Shown one piece after another: positions 38,201-46,934 of a stretch of DNA of 64,000 nt. This DNA is from Candidatus Aminicenantes bacterium (GTDB lineage Bacteria > Acidobacteriota > Aminicenantia > Aminicenantales > Aminicenantaceae), in NCBI GenBank assembly GCA_011773465.1, contig WVXO01000061.1:50347-114346 (forward strand), written 5' to 3'. The translations under genes were made by a program, and so were the position numbers. How positions within the stretch are numbered: position 1 is the first letter of the stretch; the number at the start of each line of letters is the position of its first letter. Under the pieces are notes generated by a model, which saw nothing but the letters and a program-made list of their open reading frames with translations, was not told where the DNA came from and made no database searches.

Positions 38201-39398
38201 AAAAATCCGATATAAAGAACTTGAAAAAGAGGAACCTCTTCTCGTATCTTTTAAAAAAGCGGCTGAGAGAGAAATTGTTCCCTCTGCCCAGCTGAAAGAT
38301 AAGTTAATAGTCCCTACAGACAAGATCATATCACCCCAGATGTGCTTGGACATCGTCCACCGTCTAAGCCACTTCAACTCTATCCTTAGCTATTTTGCTG
38401 GTAAGTCTTACGAGAATAGAAAAATCCCTGTATTGGAGATATTCACTCCTCTAGAAAGATACACATCCCTTCCCCGCCTCATCACTTTCAAGCCCACACT
38501 TTATCTGAGTGCTCGGCAGCATGCCAATGAAGTCTCCTCTACAAATTACGCCCTAAAATACGCTGAGCTCCTGGCAAAAAATAAAACTCACCAAGACTAT
38601 GTAAAAAAGATGAATTTTGTGATTCACCCGATGGAAAATCCTGATGGGGCAGAGTTGGCCTATGAACTTCAAAAACTAACTCCTTTCCATAGCCTTCATG
38701 CTGGGCGATACAGTGCTCTGGGCATAGATGTCGGCTACCAGGTCAACGCACCCAAGCCGCTCCTTCCTGAGGCAAAAGTAAGGCGTAATATTTATAACCG
38801 CTGGCTTCCTGATATCTACCTCAACCTCCATGGTTATCCTTCCCATGAATGGGTACAGCAATTCTCCAATTATTCTCCCTATCTCTTCCGTGATTATTGG
38901 ATTCCCCGCGGCTGGTTTTCTTATTACAGGAGCCTTTCTCTTCCCATTTACCAAAAATGGAAGGAAGCGGGAGAGGAACTGAGGAAATTTATCACAGAAG
39001 AAATAAACGCGAATGAAAAAATAAGCTCTTCCAACAATAGGTTTTATAACCGCTATTATCGCTGGGCCTCTCGCTGGCAGCCCCATATGAATTATCTTGA
39101 ACTCTACGATGGATTTAATCTTTACTCAAAGAGACGATCTTCCAGGGAGAGCAAATTGTCAGCGCGGCGCAAGGTAACCTTTGTCGAGGAAACACCAGAG
39201 CTCATGGATGAGACAGCCCACGGAAACTGGCTTGATTTTCTTTGTGAACAGGGATTGACCTACTTAAGAGCCCATAGCAAGTATCTCTCACGGGTCAAGT
39301 TCGAAACCGCTCGCTTAGAAGAAGAAAGCCAGGATAGAATCCACATCTGGTTCATCAGAAGCCGCCCGGGCAAGGTAAGAAACGCAGATAAAAAATAA
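35256..39398 (+). CDS. Secreted 1380-aa protein with a C-terminal M14 zinc carboxypeptidase domain
   Basis: Signal peptide. QHANE (HxxE zinc ligands), HPMENPDG and NLHGYPSHEW lie in the last ~350 aa. The N-terminal ~1000 aa have no motif I recognise. Confidence 0.8.
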   Translation: MRKKVLFFSIMLAFCVHAMAETSSLSQIFLLGKGIKDLDKDNLGEKVSVHIIVPDTPTACELAVAGDIAARANLESLVIDFSLVKKESEVKSIQSLENPILIGTNLKWIKKLKKERKINLPQLEQDQGLVSLLYYKNKPLLVLTAGSEEALLRAGRSFFLRWPYLWEIWGQEEGVTYFSLEKDLTRFLGKLGTSTEKITIKEASYEFPQTKSPHQSLRRLKFNSGEIRNLVVEIGFPDKKQKDKAFEALESLRLQHKKGLSPDILSYPGCAQMTFELHSKNEISKIILHRMGYPKRILTPSYKVPLKPRTAGKNFDLLSLFSTKGFYSDSDKDSILDKLDTSLIIPQDSGLLGSAQLASRLVLSTAGASFPILFLDKEIEEQKALVSPVLIGRENILNKELIKKGKLKIPPLQKNWGMAKVVSEAFNKSNALAIVGADRFGLEKTLTFLSKTFPYLDDYKEGSPQIRDVPSDLEGFFKGEKGSAEAYFDQKMKKLSEDIKGKVFESIKAELFLPQKNLKFEEYTRKFFEDSAQAENLEIKSFELRESKTIFEKEKEFLWEGDEALKLIQEKIKTFESSALPLKINLGLSESPKVREKIKTQIEALLRQNNIAGFEVKVLSAYKQGFFWLLEEILPYLSGENVSRLTIRFAEEKENLSKPKRFYAEPYRWLQELYPVDEILSKEAKLPLKRIEFELKKEEEPVYEFLAFDEKNRVLLKKSFSPRIRETIFLKVLPEWGKVKLTTGWLKIERGRETLLDKSIKCDLERFWEYYQDEILPDVYSHVMKKTGNEPKFSKQPYFKRILMEMWFSEPDYKLGLDEEIVSSLEAIHDEIYFDTLDFLRGITEVEIEEKDSPEDISRYSAPGNVLPLIHPSLEGGKGRAKVILEDWQAQSPQLILRLKEKGKEEYSKKIIFPSIKPKTLLVPSFVYNGKKERIENLIVEVKVEKEAEYLVLIDLIDSYRRLLSEGIIQSFSYPRLERITIKIRYKELEKEEPLLVSFKKAAEREIVPSAQLKDKLIVPTDKIISPQMCLDIVHRLSHFNSILSYFAGKSYENRKIPVLEIFTPLERYTSLPRLITFKPTLYLSARQHANEVSSTNYALKYAELLAKNKTHQDYVKKMNFVIHPMENPDGAELAYELQKLTPFHSLHAGRYSALGIDVGYQVNAPKPLLPEAKVRRNIYNRWLPDIYLNLHGYPSHEWVQQFSNYSPYLFRDYWIPRGWFSYYRSLSLPIYQKWKEAGEELRKFITEEINANEKISSSNNRFYNRYYRWASRWQPHMNYLELYDGFNLYSKRRSSRESKLSARRKVTFVEETPELMDETAHGNWLDFLCEQGLTYLRAHSKYLSRVKFETARLEEESQDRIHIWFIRSRPGKVRNADKK

Positions 39399-39497
39399 TT
39401 CACTGCACCCCGCCTGTCTATAAAAAATAAATATATTTATATTTACTATTCAGTAATTTATTATTACAATTTACTTTCTGTTAAATAGGAGGCGTTC

Positions 39498-40229
39498 ATG
39501 AAAAAAATCTTTTCCGCAAGTCTTTTAATCCTTTTTCTTCTGAGCTTAATGACCTCTCCCGGGCTATGTCAGGAAGCTTCAGACATCCTGAAAAAAATGG
39601 TCGAAGCCCAGGGAGGAAAAAAAGTCCTCGAGAAAATCAAAGACATGACTTCCACAGGCAGCTTAGAGATGATACAGATGGGTATGAACGGTTCGGTGAC
39701 CATGTATAAGAAAGAGCCAAACAAAGTACGTATGGATATAGAAGTGATGGGGATGATAATAACTCAAGCATTTGATGGAGAAACAGCATGGTGGGTAAAT
39801 CCTCAGATAGGAAGTCAAGAAGAAATGCCTGAACAGCAGCAAGAAAATATGAAGAGGATGGCCTTAGGGATCGATGCCTTTATCTATCCTGAAAAATACG
39901 GCATCTCTTTTGCCTACAAGGGCAAGGAAAAAATTGAAGAGAAAGAATATTTTGTTTTAGAGCAGACTTTTTCCGACGGCCATAAAGCGACTCTTTATAT
40001 TGATCCTAAAACATATCTCACCCATATAACTAAATCTGCCATTATAAACCAAATGGGAATTGAGGTTGAACAAGAAACCTTCGAGTCTGATTTCAAAAAA
40101 GTCAACGGAATGACAATCGCCTACTCTATAATTATTCATCAAGACGGCGAGGAATTTATGAAACTTACTCTCACAGATATAACCTTCAACTCAGGCTTAG
40201 GGGATTCTTTGTTTAAGATGAGTGAGTAA
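39498..40229 (+). CDS. LolA-like / outer-membrane lipoprotein-sorting-like secreted protein
   Basis: Signal peptide, size and beta-rich composition are typical of LolA-fold proteins. The assignment is tentative. Confidence 0.5.
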   Translation: MKKIFSASLLILFLLSLMTSPGLCQEASDILKKMVEAQGGKKVLEKIKDMTSTGSLEMIQMGMNGSVTMYKKEPNKVRMDIEVMGMIITQAFDGETAWWVNPQIGSQEEMPEQQQENMKRMALGIDAFIYPEKYGISFAYKGKEKIEEKEYFVLEQTFSDGHKATLYIDPKTYLTHITKSAIINQMGIEVEQETFESDFKKVNGMTIAYSIIIHQDGEEFMKLTLTDITFNSGLGDSLFKMSE

Positions 40230-40280
40230 GACTCTTTTAATTGGCTGAAAGCCGATATCTGGCAGCAGGAATAGCCTGAC

Positions 40281-41198
40281 CTATGTTTCTGCTTCTTGCA
40301 GCACGCTGTAGGCGAGTTGGAGGGCGCGAAGTCCTTCTTCGCCGCTAACTTTGCCTTCCTTTCCATCCCCGATGCAACTGAAAAAATTTTTGAGCTCCTT
40401 TTTAAGAGGCTCTTCCTTCTCTATCTTCAAATTTTTAATATCAGTCTGTCTCCCGTTCAAAGGGAAAATTTTAACTTCCTGGTCGATATAATCGATGGAA
40501 TAACAAGATGTGGGCTCGAATATCCGCAGCTTTCTAACCTTTCCCTGGTGAACACGGCTTGCTGTAAGAGTTGCCACACAGCCCGAGTTAAATTCTAACC
40601 TGGCATTGGCAATATCTATCTTTTCTGAAAGGACATGTATGCCTGAAGACCTGATAGATTTCACATCATCCTTAATCAAGGCCAAAATGATATCCAGATC
40701 ATGAATCATAAGGTCAAGCACTACATCGATATCCAAAGATCGAGCTGAGAAAGATCCCAATCTTTGAACTTCTATAAACTTTGGCTCGGAGATTACGTTT
40801 TCCACAGCTTCCACAGCTGGGTTGAATCGCTCCAGATGACCCACCTGAAGAATTGCTCCACTCTTATTGGCCTTGGCTACCAACTTCTCCGCCTGTTCCA
40901 CTGTCTCTGTTATGGGTTTTTCAACCAAAACAGACTTCCCTTTGCTCAATAATTTCATAGCTATAGAAAAATGTTCAGATGTAGGGGTGGCCACAATAGC
41001 TGCATCAATCTCATCCAACATGTTTTCATAATTTTGATAGTACTGAACTCCATGGCGATTTCCAATCTCAACTGCTTTCTTAAAGTCAATATCCACAACT
41101 CCTTTGAGCTCAGCTTCCTCCAGATAAGATAAAATCCTGGCATGCTGGGTTCCCAAATATCCTACTCCGATTATTCCTACTCTTACTTTATCCATCAT
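40281..41198 (-). CDS. Gfo/Idh/MocA-family NAD(P)-dependent oxidoreductase (candidate UDP-GlcNAc 3-dehydrogenase, GnnA-like)
   Basis: GIIGVGYLG Rossmann motif, the EKP motif and GHLERFNPA. Lies last in the lpx gene string. Confidence 0.75.
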   Translation of the reverse strand: MMDKVRVGIIGVGYLGTQHARILSYLEEAELKGVVDIDFKKAVEIGNRHGVQYYQNYENMLDEIDAAIVATPTSEHFSIAMKLLSKGKSVLVEKPITETVEQAEKLVAKANKSGAILQVGHLERFNPAVEAVENVISEPKFIEVQRLGSFSARSLDIDVVLDLMIHDLDIILALIKDDVKSIRSSGIHVLSEKIDIANARLEFNSGCVATLTASRVHQGKVRKLRIFEPTSCYSIDYIDQEVKIFPLNGRQTDIKNLKIEKEEPLKKELKNFFSCIGDGKEGKVSGEEGLRALQLAYSVLQEAET

Positions 41199-41245
41199 AT
41201 TTTCTCCAGAAAATAACCTATTTGCTTCTCTCTATTTCCTTTCTC

Positions 41246-42055
41246 TCACGGCTTCTTAACAACTATTGAAATTCTGTGGGCGTCAGCCAATGAGATAGCC
41301 TCCTCTTTTTGAAAAAAAGGTATGCTCTGCGCTTCTATACAAAGAGCTCTACATCTCGCCTCGACAAGACTTTTTACAGTATTAAGCCCTACTGCAGGCA
41401 AATCCATTCTTGCATCCTGAAAAGAACGGCTTACCTTTACAACGACTGTCTCTTCTCCTGCCAATCGGCCGCCTCTTTTTATGGCCTCGTCTGTCCCCTC
41501 CATTCCTTCTACAGCCACAACGGCCTTATCCTTGACAATCACAGTCTGTCCGATATCTAAATCAGCAATATTTTTGGCAATCTTAAAGCCAAACTCTATA
41601 TCCTCTTCCACAGTTGGCGGAGGCTTTGTTTTTGTCAGGACACTCTCCTGACAAAAAGAGGAAGCGATGAATGAAGTGGGATCCATGATCTTGATTCCTT
41701 CTTTAGCCATATAATCAATGATGGTCTTTAAGACTGAGGTAGGACTACTATCCTTGCCTTGAGCCAAAAAGCTCCTAGAAATCTTGTTGAATTCTTCCTT
41801 ATTAAAAATTTTCCGATGATCGACTTTCCCAGCGAACACTACTTCTTTAACTCCGTTCTTTTTAAAGAAAGATATAAGATTTAAAATATCACCAACATCA
41901 ACCCACTCAAATATATCAACCAGATTCTTAAGGTCAGTTTCGGCTTCTTTTTTGATGCCAGCAACTATACAAGAGTAGCCCATTTTCTGAGCCTCTGCAA
42001 GTAGTAAAAACGGAAATTCTCCTGAGCCTGCAATTATCCCGATTCGACGTCCCAT
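41246..42055 (-). CDS. lpxI: UDP-2,3-diacylglucosamine pyrophosphatase LpxI
   Basis: DUF1009-type sequence: IGIIAGSGEFP, DLDIGQTVIVKDKAVVAVEGMEGTDEAI and DLPAVG. Confidence 0.82.
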   Translation of the reverse strand: MGRRIGIIAGSGEFPFLLLAEAQKMGYSCIVAGIKKEAETDLKNLVDIFEWVDVGDILNLISFFKKNGVKEVVFAGKVDHRKIFNKEEFNKISRSFLAQGKDSSPTSVLKTIIDYMAKEGIKIMDPTSFIASSFCQESVLTKTKPPPTVEEDIEFGFKIAKNIADLDIGQTVIVKDKAVVAVEGMEGTDEAIKRGGRLAGEETVVVKVSRSFQDARMDLPAVGLNTVKSLVEARCRALCIEAQSIPFFQKEEAISLADAHRISIVVKKP

Positions 42056-42858
42056 TTTTCAGCTTTCTTTTTTACGATTCCTCTTTGGGAGGACTGGATG
42101 AAGTTGATGATCTCATCTCTATCCTCCCCTGGAGGGAATTTTTCTTTGATTTTGTCTGTGGCTTGAGTTGTGTTCAAGTCGGAGTAAAAGAAAATTTTGA
42201 AAATTTCCTTAATAACCTTGATCCTTTCCTTGGAAAAACCCCTTCGCCTTAAACCGATAGCATTCAATCCGAAAAGTAGAAGGGGGCGACTTCCAGCTAC
42301 CCTGGAGAATGGAAAAACATCCTGAGTGATCACAGAATAGCCGCCAATAAAAGCATGTATCCCAACCCGACAGAACTGATGAATGCCGCTGAACGCCCCT
42401 ACTGTAGTAAAATCCTGAACAGTGACATGCCCTGCGAGAGTGGCCGCGTTTATAAAGATGGTTTCATTCCCGACAAAACAGTCATGGCCAATATGAGAGT
42501 ACGCCATGAAATAATTATCATCCCCGATAACAGTCTGACCTCCGCCCTTAACTGTTCCCCTGTTAACAGTCATGAATTCTCTGAAAATATTTCTATTCCC
42601 GATCTTAACCAGCGTGTCTTCGCCTCTATAAGTAATATCTTGAGGTTCTGTTCCGATGGAAGAATATGGAGAAAAATGGCAGTTTTCTCCTATCTCTGTC
42701 TGGCCCTCGATGAAGACATTTGCCTCAATTTTGGTATTTTTATGGATGCTGACTTTTTCCCCTATAAAAGAATATGGTCCTATCCAGACTCCCGTATCCA
42801 ATCGGGCTTCGGGATGGACAGTAGCTGTAGAATGAATAAAAATTTCATTCTCTCTCAT
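42034..42858 (-). CDS. lpxA: Acyl-ACP--UDP-GlcNAc O-acyltransferase LpxA
   Basis: Hexapeptide-repeat left-handed beta-helix and a conserved C-terminal helical domain. Sits between fabZ and lpxI. Confidence 0.9.
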   Translation of the reverse strand: MRENEIFIHSTATVHPEARLDTGVWIGPYSFIGEKVSIHKNTKIEANVFIEGQTEIGENCHFSPYSSIGTEPQDITYRGEDTLVKIGNRNIFREFMTVNRGTVKGGGQTVIGDDNYFMAYSHIGHDCFVGNETIFINAATLAGHVTVQDFTTVGAFSGIHQFCRVGIHAFIGGYSVITQDVFPFSRVAGSRPLLLFGLNAIGLRRRGFSKERIKVIKEIFKIFFYSDLNTTQATDKIKEKFPPGEDRDEIINFIQSSQRGIVKKKAEKWDVESG

Positions 42859-43327
42859 TCAATTCCTCAAGATTTGTAAGTGAGGCCATAGCCTCGCTTT
42901 CGGCAACAACTTCCCCATCTACAATTGCTTTTCCCGAAATATGACAAATTTTTGACTTGAGCTTTAGGATCTCCACGTCCAACTTCAGTTGATCGCCAGG
43001 AACAACCGGCTTTCTGAATTTCGCGCTATTAATCTTAGTTAAAAATACAAGAACTTTCTCGGGATTGGGAATGGAATGATAGAGAAGAATGCCGCCTGCC
43101 TGGGCTAAGGCTTCCACAACTAAAACGCCAGGCATTACCTTTAAACGAGGAAAATGCCCCTGGAAGAAATGTTCATTATAGGTAACGTTCTTGATGGCAA
43201 TAATGGACTTCCCTTTTTCAAGCTTTAATACTCTATCCACCAATAAGAAGGGATAGCGGTGGGGAAGTATCTTGAGGATTTTTTCGATAGTAAACAAGCC
43301 TTTATTTTTTTGTAGCCTTTGAGGCAT
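42845..43327 (-). CDS. fabZ: 3-hydroxyacyl-ACP dehydratase FabZ
   Basis: LPHRYPFLLVDRV, FFQGHFP and PGVL. An alternative TTG start at 43297 would remove the overlap with skp. Confidence 0.9.
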   Translation of the reverse strand: MPQRLQKNKGLFTIEKILKILPHRYPFLLVDRVLKLEKGKSIIAIKNVTYNEHFFQGHFPRLKVMPGVLVVEALAQAGGILLYHSIPNPEKVLVFLTKINSAKFRKPVVPGDQLKLDVEILKLKSKICHISGKAIVDGEVVAESEAMASLTNLEELNERE

Positions 43328-43838
43328 CGTATCTTCTGATGACTTCTGCGGTGAGATCGATTATCGGATTGATATAGACAGCTCCACTATTCGCCAGATC
43401 AAAAATTATATCCAGGTTTCTTTCTTTCCCCAATCCTTCGATAATCGGAATCACTTCATCCTGGACTTTGGTGAAAAGCCTGAATCTGAGCTCCTGTAAT
43501 TCTCTTAAGGAATCTTCAGCAAATCGCTTCCTTTCTGTTCGCTTTCTCTCTAACTCAGATGTTAGCTGAAGAATAGATTCCTGGGTAAGTGTAAGCCGCT
43601 GGGTATTGAGCTTGGTTTCTAATTCGCGGATTTTTTCATCCATTGTAGAAATTTTAGACGAATTGCTTTTATCTTTGTCTTGCAGCTGGGCCATAACCGC
43701 TTTTCCTTCAGTCGATTTTTGGATTACTTCATTTGAGTTGACGATACCAATCTTAATTGATTCTTGAGCGAAGCTTGTAAAGGCCAGAAATGTAACAAGT
43801 AGAACGAGTAAAGGGATTTTTCCACTGCTTCTGTACAT
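43302..43838 (-). CDS. skp: Periplasmic chaperone Skp/OmpH
   Basis: Signal peptide and a coiled-coil OmpH-like sequence. Located between bamA and fabZ. Confidence 0.8.
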   Translation of the reverse strand: MYRSSGKIPLLVLLVTFLAFTSFAQESIKIGIVNSNEVIQKSTEGKAVMAQLQDKDKSNSSKISTMDEKIRELETKLNTQRLTLTQESILQLTSELERKRTERKRFAEDSLRELQELRFRLFTKVQDEVIPIIEGLGKERNLDIIFDLANSGAVYINPIIDLTAEVIRRYDASKATKK

Positions 43839-43875
43839 CTTTTGCCTCCTTAATTTGAAATGCGCTCTTTATCGC

Positions 43876-46146
43876 TTAAAAAGTGGTTCCAATCGCAAAA
43901 CGAAAAGCGAAATTGGAATCATCAGCATGTATCTTTCGATTATTATAAGCAAAAATTAGCCTGAAAGGAACTCTAAGGGCAGGAACAAATATCCTCATTT
44001 CTAGACCTGTCGAATAATACAAATTGCTAAAATTAACTTTCTGATCTCGAGTGAAAGCATTGCCCATATCATAAAAGAGAATAGCATACAGGGGACCGCC
44101 GACGGGCATGATGTATTCTGCGTTGAAAACAAAAGATTTCTCGCCGCCGATATTCTCGTCTCCCCTGATGGAATAAATTTCGTAACCTCTGATGGACCTC
44201 TCTCCTCCAAGATAGAATTTTTCCCAAATAGGAACTCTTGAACCTCCTAATACCTTTATAAACTGATACTCTACATGGAATCCAACAACATGGTTCATGA
44301 CTAATGGATGGAAGAAACTCCACTCAAAGCGGGGCTTGATGAAGCTTATATCTCCTCCCAAAAAACCACCTGAGAACTTGCTTGAAACCATATATAAGGA
44401 ACCTCTTGTAGGAGTTATGGGGCTATTTACGGTGGAGCGATATGCCATAGGAGTTATACTGCTAACAGCATAACCTCCTCGGTAATTATAGTAATAGCTA
44501 TCTTCTTCGGCACTGATATCGATGTATTCATAGGCATATGTAAGATTGGCCCTCAAATATCCTTTAATCCTTCCTCCTGCTGTAAAATTAACTCCTTTTG
44601 CTTTTTGATCAAACAGAAAGGGATATATTATATGACGATTATACACATTAAATCCTAAACTCATTGGGTAATCAAGAAAATAGGGTTCCGAAAAGCCAAA
44701 CATATAGTTCTTGATTCTTTTTCCATGTTGAACCATAAGTTCTAATTTTTCTCCAGCTCCTAAGAAATTCACCGTGGAGTAGCTTAGAGCAACAAAAGTG
44801 CCTTCATAACCACTGTAGCCAGCCGAAAACTGGATGTTGTTCCTTTGAAGCTCTTTAACATTCAGGATGACATCCATTTTATTGGGATCTTCAGGATTAG
44901 GCCTTATTTCGGGCTCCCCGACAGGCTCAACCAGCCCAAGCTGGCTCATCCTCAAAATGCTGTCTTTGAACAACGCGAGGCTAAACCTATCTCCCTCTCT
45001 GAGGAGCATTTCGCGCCTGATAACTTTGTCTTTGGTGAATGTATTGCCTTTGAATTCAAGCCTGCTTAAATAGACCACATCTCCTTCTATGATATTGAAA
45101 GTCACATTCACACGTTTTCTCTTGGGGTCCAATTTTTCTACTGGAATTACAGCGGAGCGAATATAGCCGAGGTTTCTATACACCTCTCCTATCTTTTCAA
45201 TACTTTTTTCTCTTATTTTGGTGCTATAAACGTCGCCTTCTTTGAATTTAATGAGCTTGCGCAAGCCTTTGGCGGAAAGGATCTTATTCCCTTCGATCTT
45301 AACCTCACCAACCGTATAACGATAGCCAGGATTGACAGGAATGATGATCTTCTTCATCTTCTTTTTTTTGAACAAAACTGTCCTTTTTGTGATTTCTTCA
45401 ATCCTGGGCTCGCCAACTGTAGCTTCCATGTATCCGTATTCACGGTATCTCTCTTTTATGCTTTCTAGATCTTCACTGATCTTGTTCTGCTTAAAGACAT
45501 CCTTCCCTGTTATCCAGGGAATAATCCCGTGTTTCTTGTTCTGCTTCATCGCTCCTCTAACAACACTCTTTAGTAACTTTGTGTTTCCTTCGAATTCAAC
45601 CTCCCCAACTCTAACCTTTGGCCCTTCGTTTATATCAAACACGACATCTAACTCGTTCTTTCCTTTTTTATCTACTTTAACCTTAACCTTGCCAGAAGTA
45701 AGACCTTTCTCGAGGAGCAAATCTTCGATCGTCTTCTGAATTCTCTTTATTTTGAACTCGTTGTAATAGGAATAAGGGAGGATGTATTCATCATTTTCCT
45801 TTAGTTTATTGACGATATCATTCTCCTTCAGCTTCTTTCCCGTTTTATAGATGATATTCTTGACGACTGGATTCTCCTCGACGATAATCTTCACTATCTT
45901 CCCCTTCTTACCGTCCACTTTTTCAATGCGGATATTAGAGAAAAATCCTGTCGACCATAAAACTCTAAAATCTCTTCTCAACAGCTCCTCGCTGTAGTAG
46001 TCTCCTTCTCTTGAAGAAAGATAATAAAGAACCGTATCCCGGGTGACGCGCTCGTTGCCCACGATTTCAATCTTCTCTACCATCTCCTGTCCGAAGAGAT
46101 AGGGTGCAACGCACAAGATAACAAAACATAATAGGATTTTTTTCAT
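43876..46146 (-). CDS. bamA: Outer-membrane protein assembly factor BamA
   Basis: Five POTRA-like repeats, an Omp85 barrel and a terminal Phe. Confidence 0.9.
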   Translation of the reverse strand: MKKILLCFVILCVAPYLFGQEMVEKIEIVGNERVTRDTVLYYLSSREGDYYSEELLRRDFRVLWSTGFFSNIRIEKVDGKKGKIVKIIVEENPVVKNIIYKTGKKLKENDIVNKLKENDEYILPYSYYNEFKIKRIQKTIEDLLLEKGLTSGKVKVKVDKKGKNELDVVFDINEGPKVRVGEVEFEGNTKLLKSVVRGAMKQNKKHGIIPWITGKDVFKQNKISEDLESIKERYREYGYMEATVGEPRIEEITKRTVLFKKKKMKKIIIPVNPGYRYTVGEVKIEGNKILSAKGLRKLIKFKEGDVYSTKIREKSIEKIGEVYRNLGYIRSAVIPVEKLDPKRKRVNVTFNIIEGDVVYLSRLEFKGNTFTKDKVIRREMLLREGDRFSLALFKDSILRMSQLGLVEPVGEPEIRPNPEDPNKMDVILNVKELQRNNIQFSAGYSGYEGTFVALSYSTVNFLGAGEKLELMVQHGKRIKNYMFGFSEPYFLDYPMSLGFNVYNRHIIYPFLFDQKAKGVNFTAGGRIKGYLRANLTYAYEYIDISAEEDSYYYNYRGGYAVSSITPMAYRSTVNSPITPTRGSLYMVSSKFSGGFLGGDISFIKPRFEWSFFHPLVMNHVVGFHVEYQFIKVLGGSRVPIWEKFYLGGERSIRGYEIYSIRGDENIGGEKSFVFNAEYIMPVGGPLYAILFYDMGNAFTRDQKVNFSNLYYSTGLEMRIFVPALRVPFRLIFAYNNRKIHADDSNFAFRFAIGTTF

Positions 46147-46244
46147 TTCTCTTTCCTTATAACATATTAATCTTTTTATTTCAACGATATCCGTTGACTT
46201 GTATGCATTTCCAAATCCGTGATTGGAGAACGTTAACTATAACT

Positions 46245-46934
46245 CTAGCGAGGAGATAAAAGTTTCAACTCTCTTCCTTCCATCAAGTATATTTTATTAC
46301 AGAATTGAGCAACCTTTTCATTATGCGTAACTACAACAGATGATAATTTTTTTTTCCTGTGCAACTCCTGAATGAGCGTCAGAATCATCTGTCCTGTTTT
46401 CCAATCCATGTTTCCTGTAGGCTCATCTGCCAAAAGCAACTTGGGCTCGTTGACCAATGCTCTGGCAATTGCCACTCTCTGCTGTTCTCCACCAGAAAGC
46501 TGTGCTGGTCTTATATGAGCCTTTTCTTCCAAAGAAACTTCCTTGAGGATTTCTTGAGCTTTCCTCTCGGCCTCTTTCCTCTCTGCTCCTCTTATCAAAA
46601 GAGGGAGGGCAATATTTTCTAAAGCTGTAAATTCGGGAAGAAGGTGATAAAACTGAAAGATAAAGCCAATCTTCCTGTTTCTTATCTCTGCCAATTCTTT
46701 TGTACTTCGATGATGGAGGATGTCGTCTCCCTCAAACAGGATTTTCCCTTCGGTAGGTTTATCCAGAGCCCCCAGTAAATTAAGGAAAGTTGTCTTTCCG
46801 ACTCCAGAAACTCCCATTATAGCCACAAGATCGCCCTCAAGGAGCTCAAAATTTATTCCTTCAAAAACACGCAAAACTCCCTTGGGCAACGGATACTCTT
46901 TGCCAAGATTTAAAGTTTTAAGCAAACTATTCAT
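46245..46934 (-). CDS. lolD: Lipoprotein-releasing ABC ATPase LolD
   Basis: Walker A GVSGVGKTT, signature LSGGEQQR and Walker B LLLADEPTG. Overlaps the upstream permease gene. Confidence 0.85.
   Translation of the reverse strand: MNSLLKTLNLGKEYPLPKGVLRVFEGINFELLEGDLVAIMGVSGVGKTTFLNLLGALDKPTEGKILFEGDDILHHRSTKELAEIRNRKIGFIFQFYHLLPEFTALENIALPLLIRGAERKEAERKAQEILKEVSLEEKAHIRPAQLSGGEQQRVAIARALVNEPKLLLADEPTGNMDWKTGQMILTLIQELHRKKKLSSVVVTHNEKVAQFCNKIYLMEGRELKLLSPR

Noticed and set aside
42355-42879. 174-aa plus-strand ORF opposite lpxA (similarly 592-1089, 11809-12225 and 47050-47520 opposite real genes)
   Set aside because: These lie entirely antisense to well-supported genes, and their translations are low-complexity without motifs. 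They are shadow ORFs.
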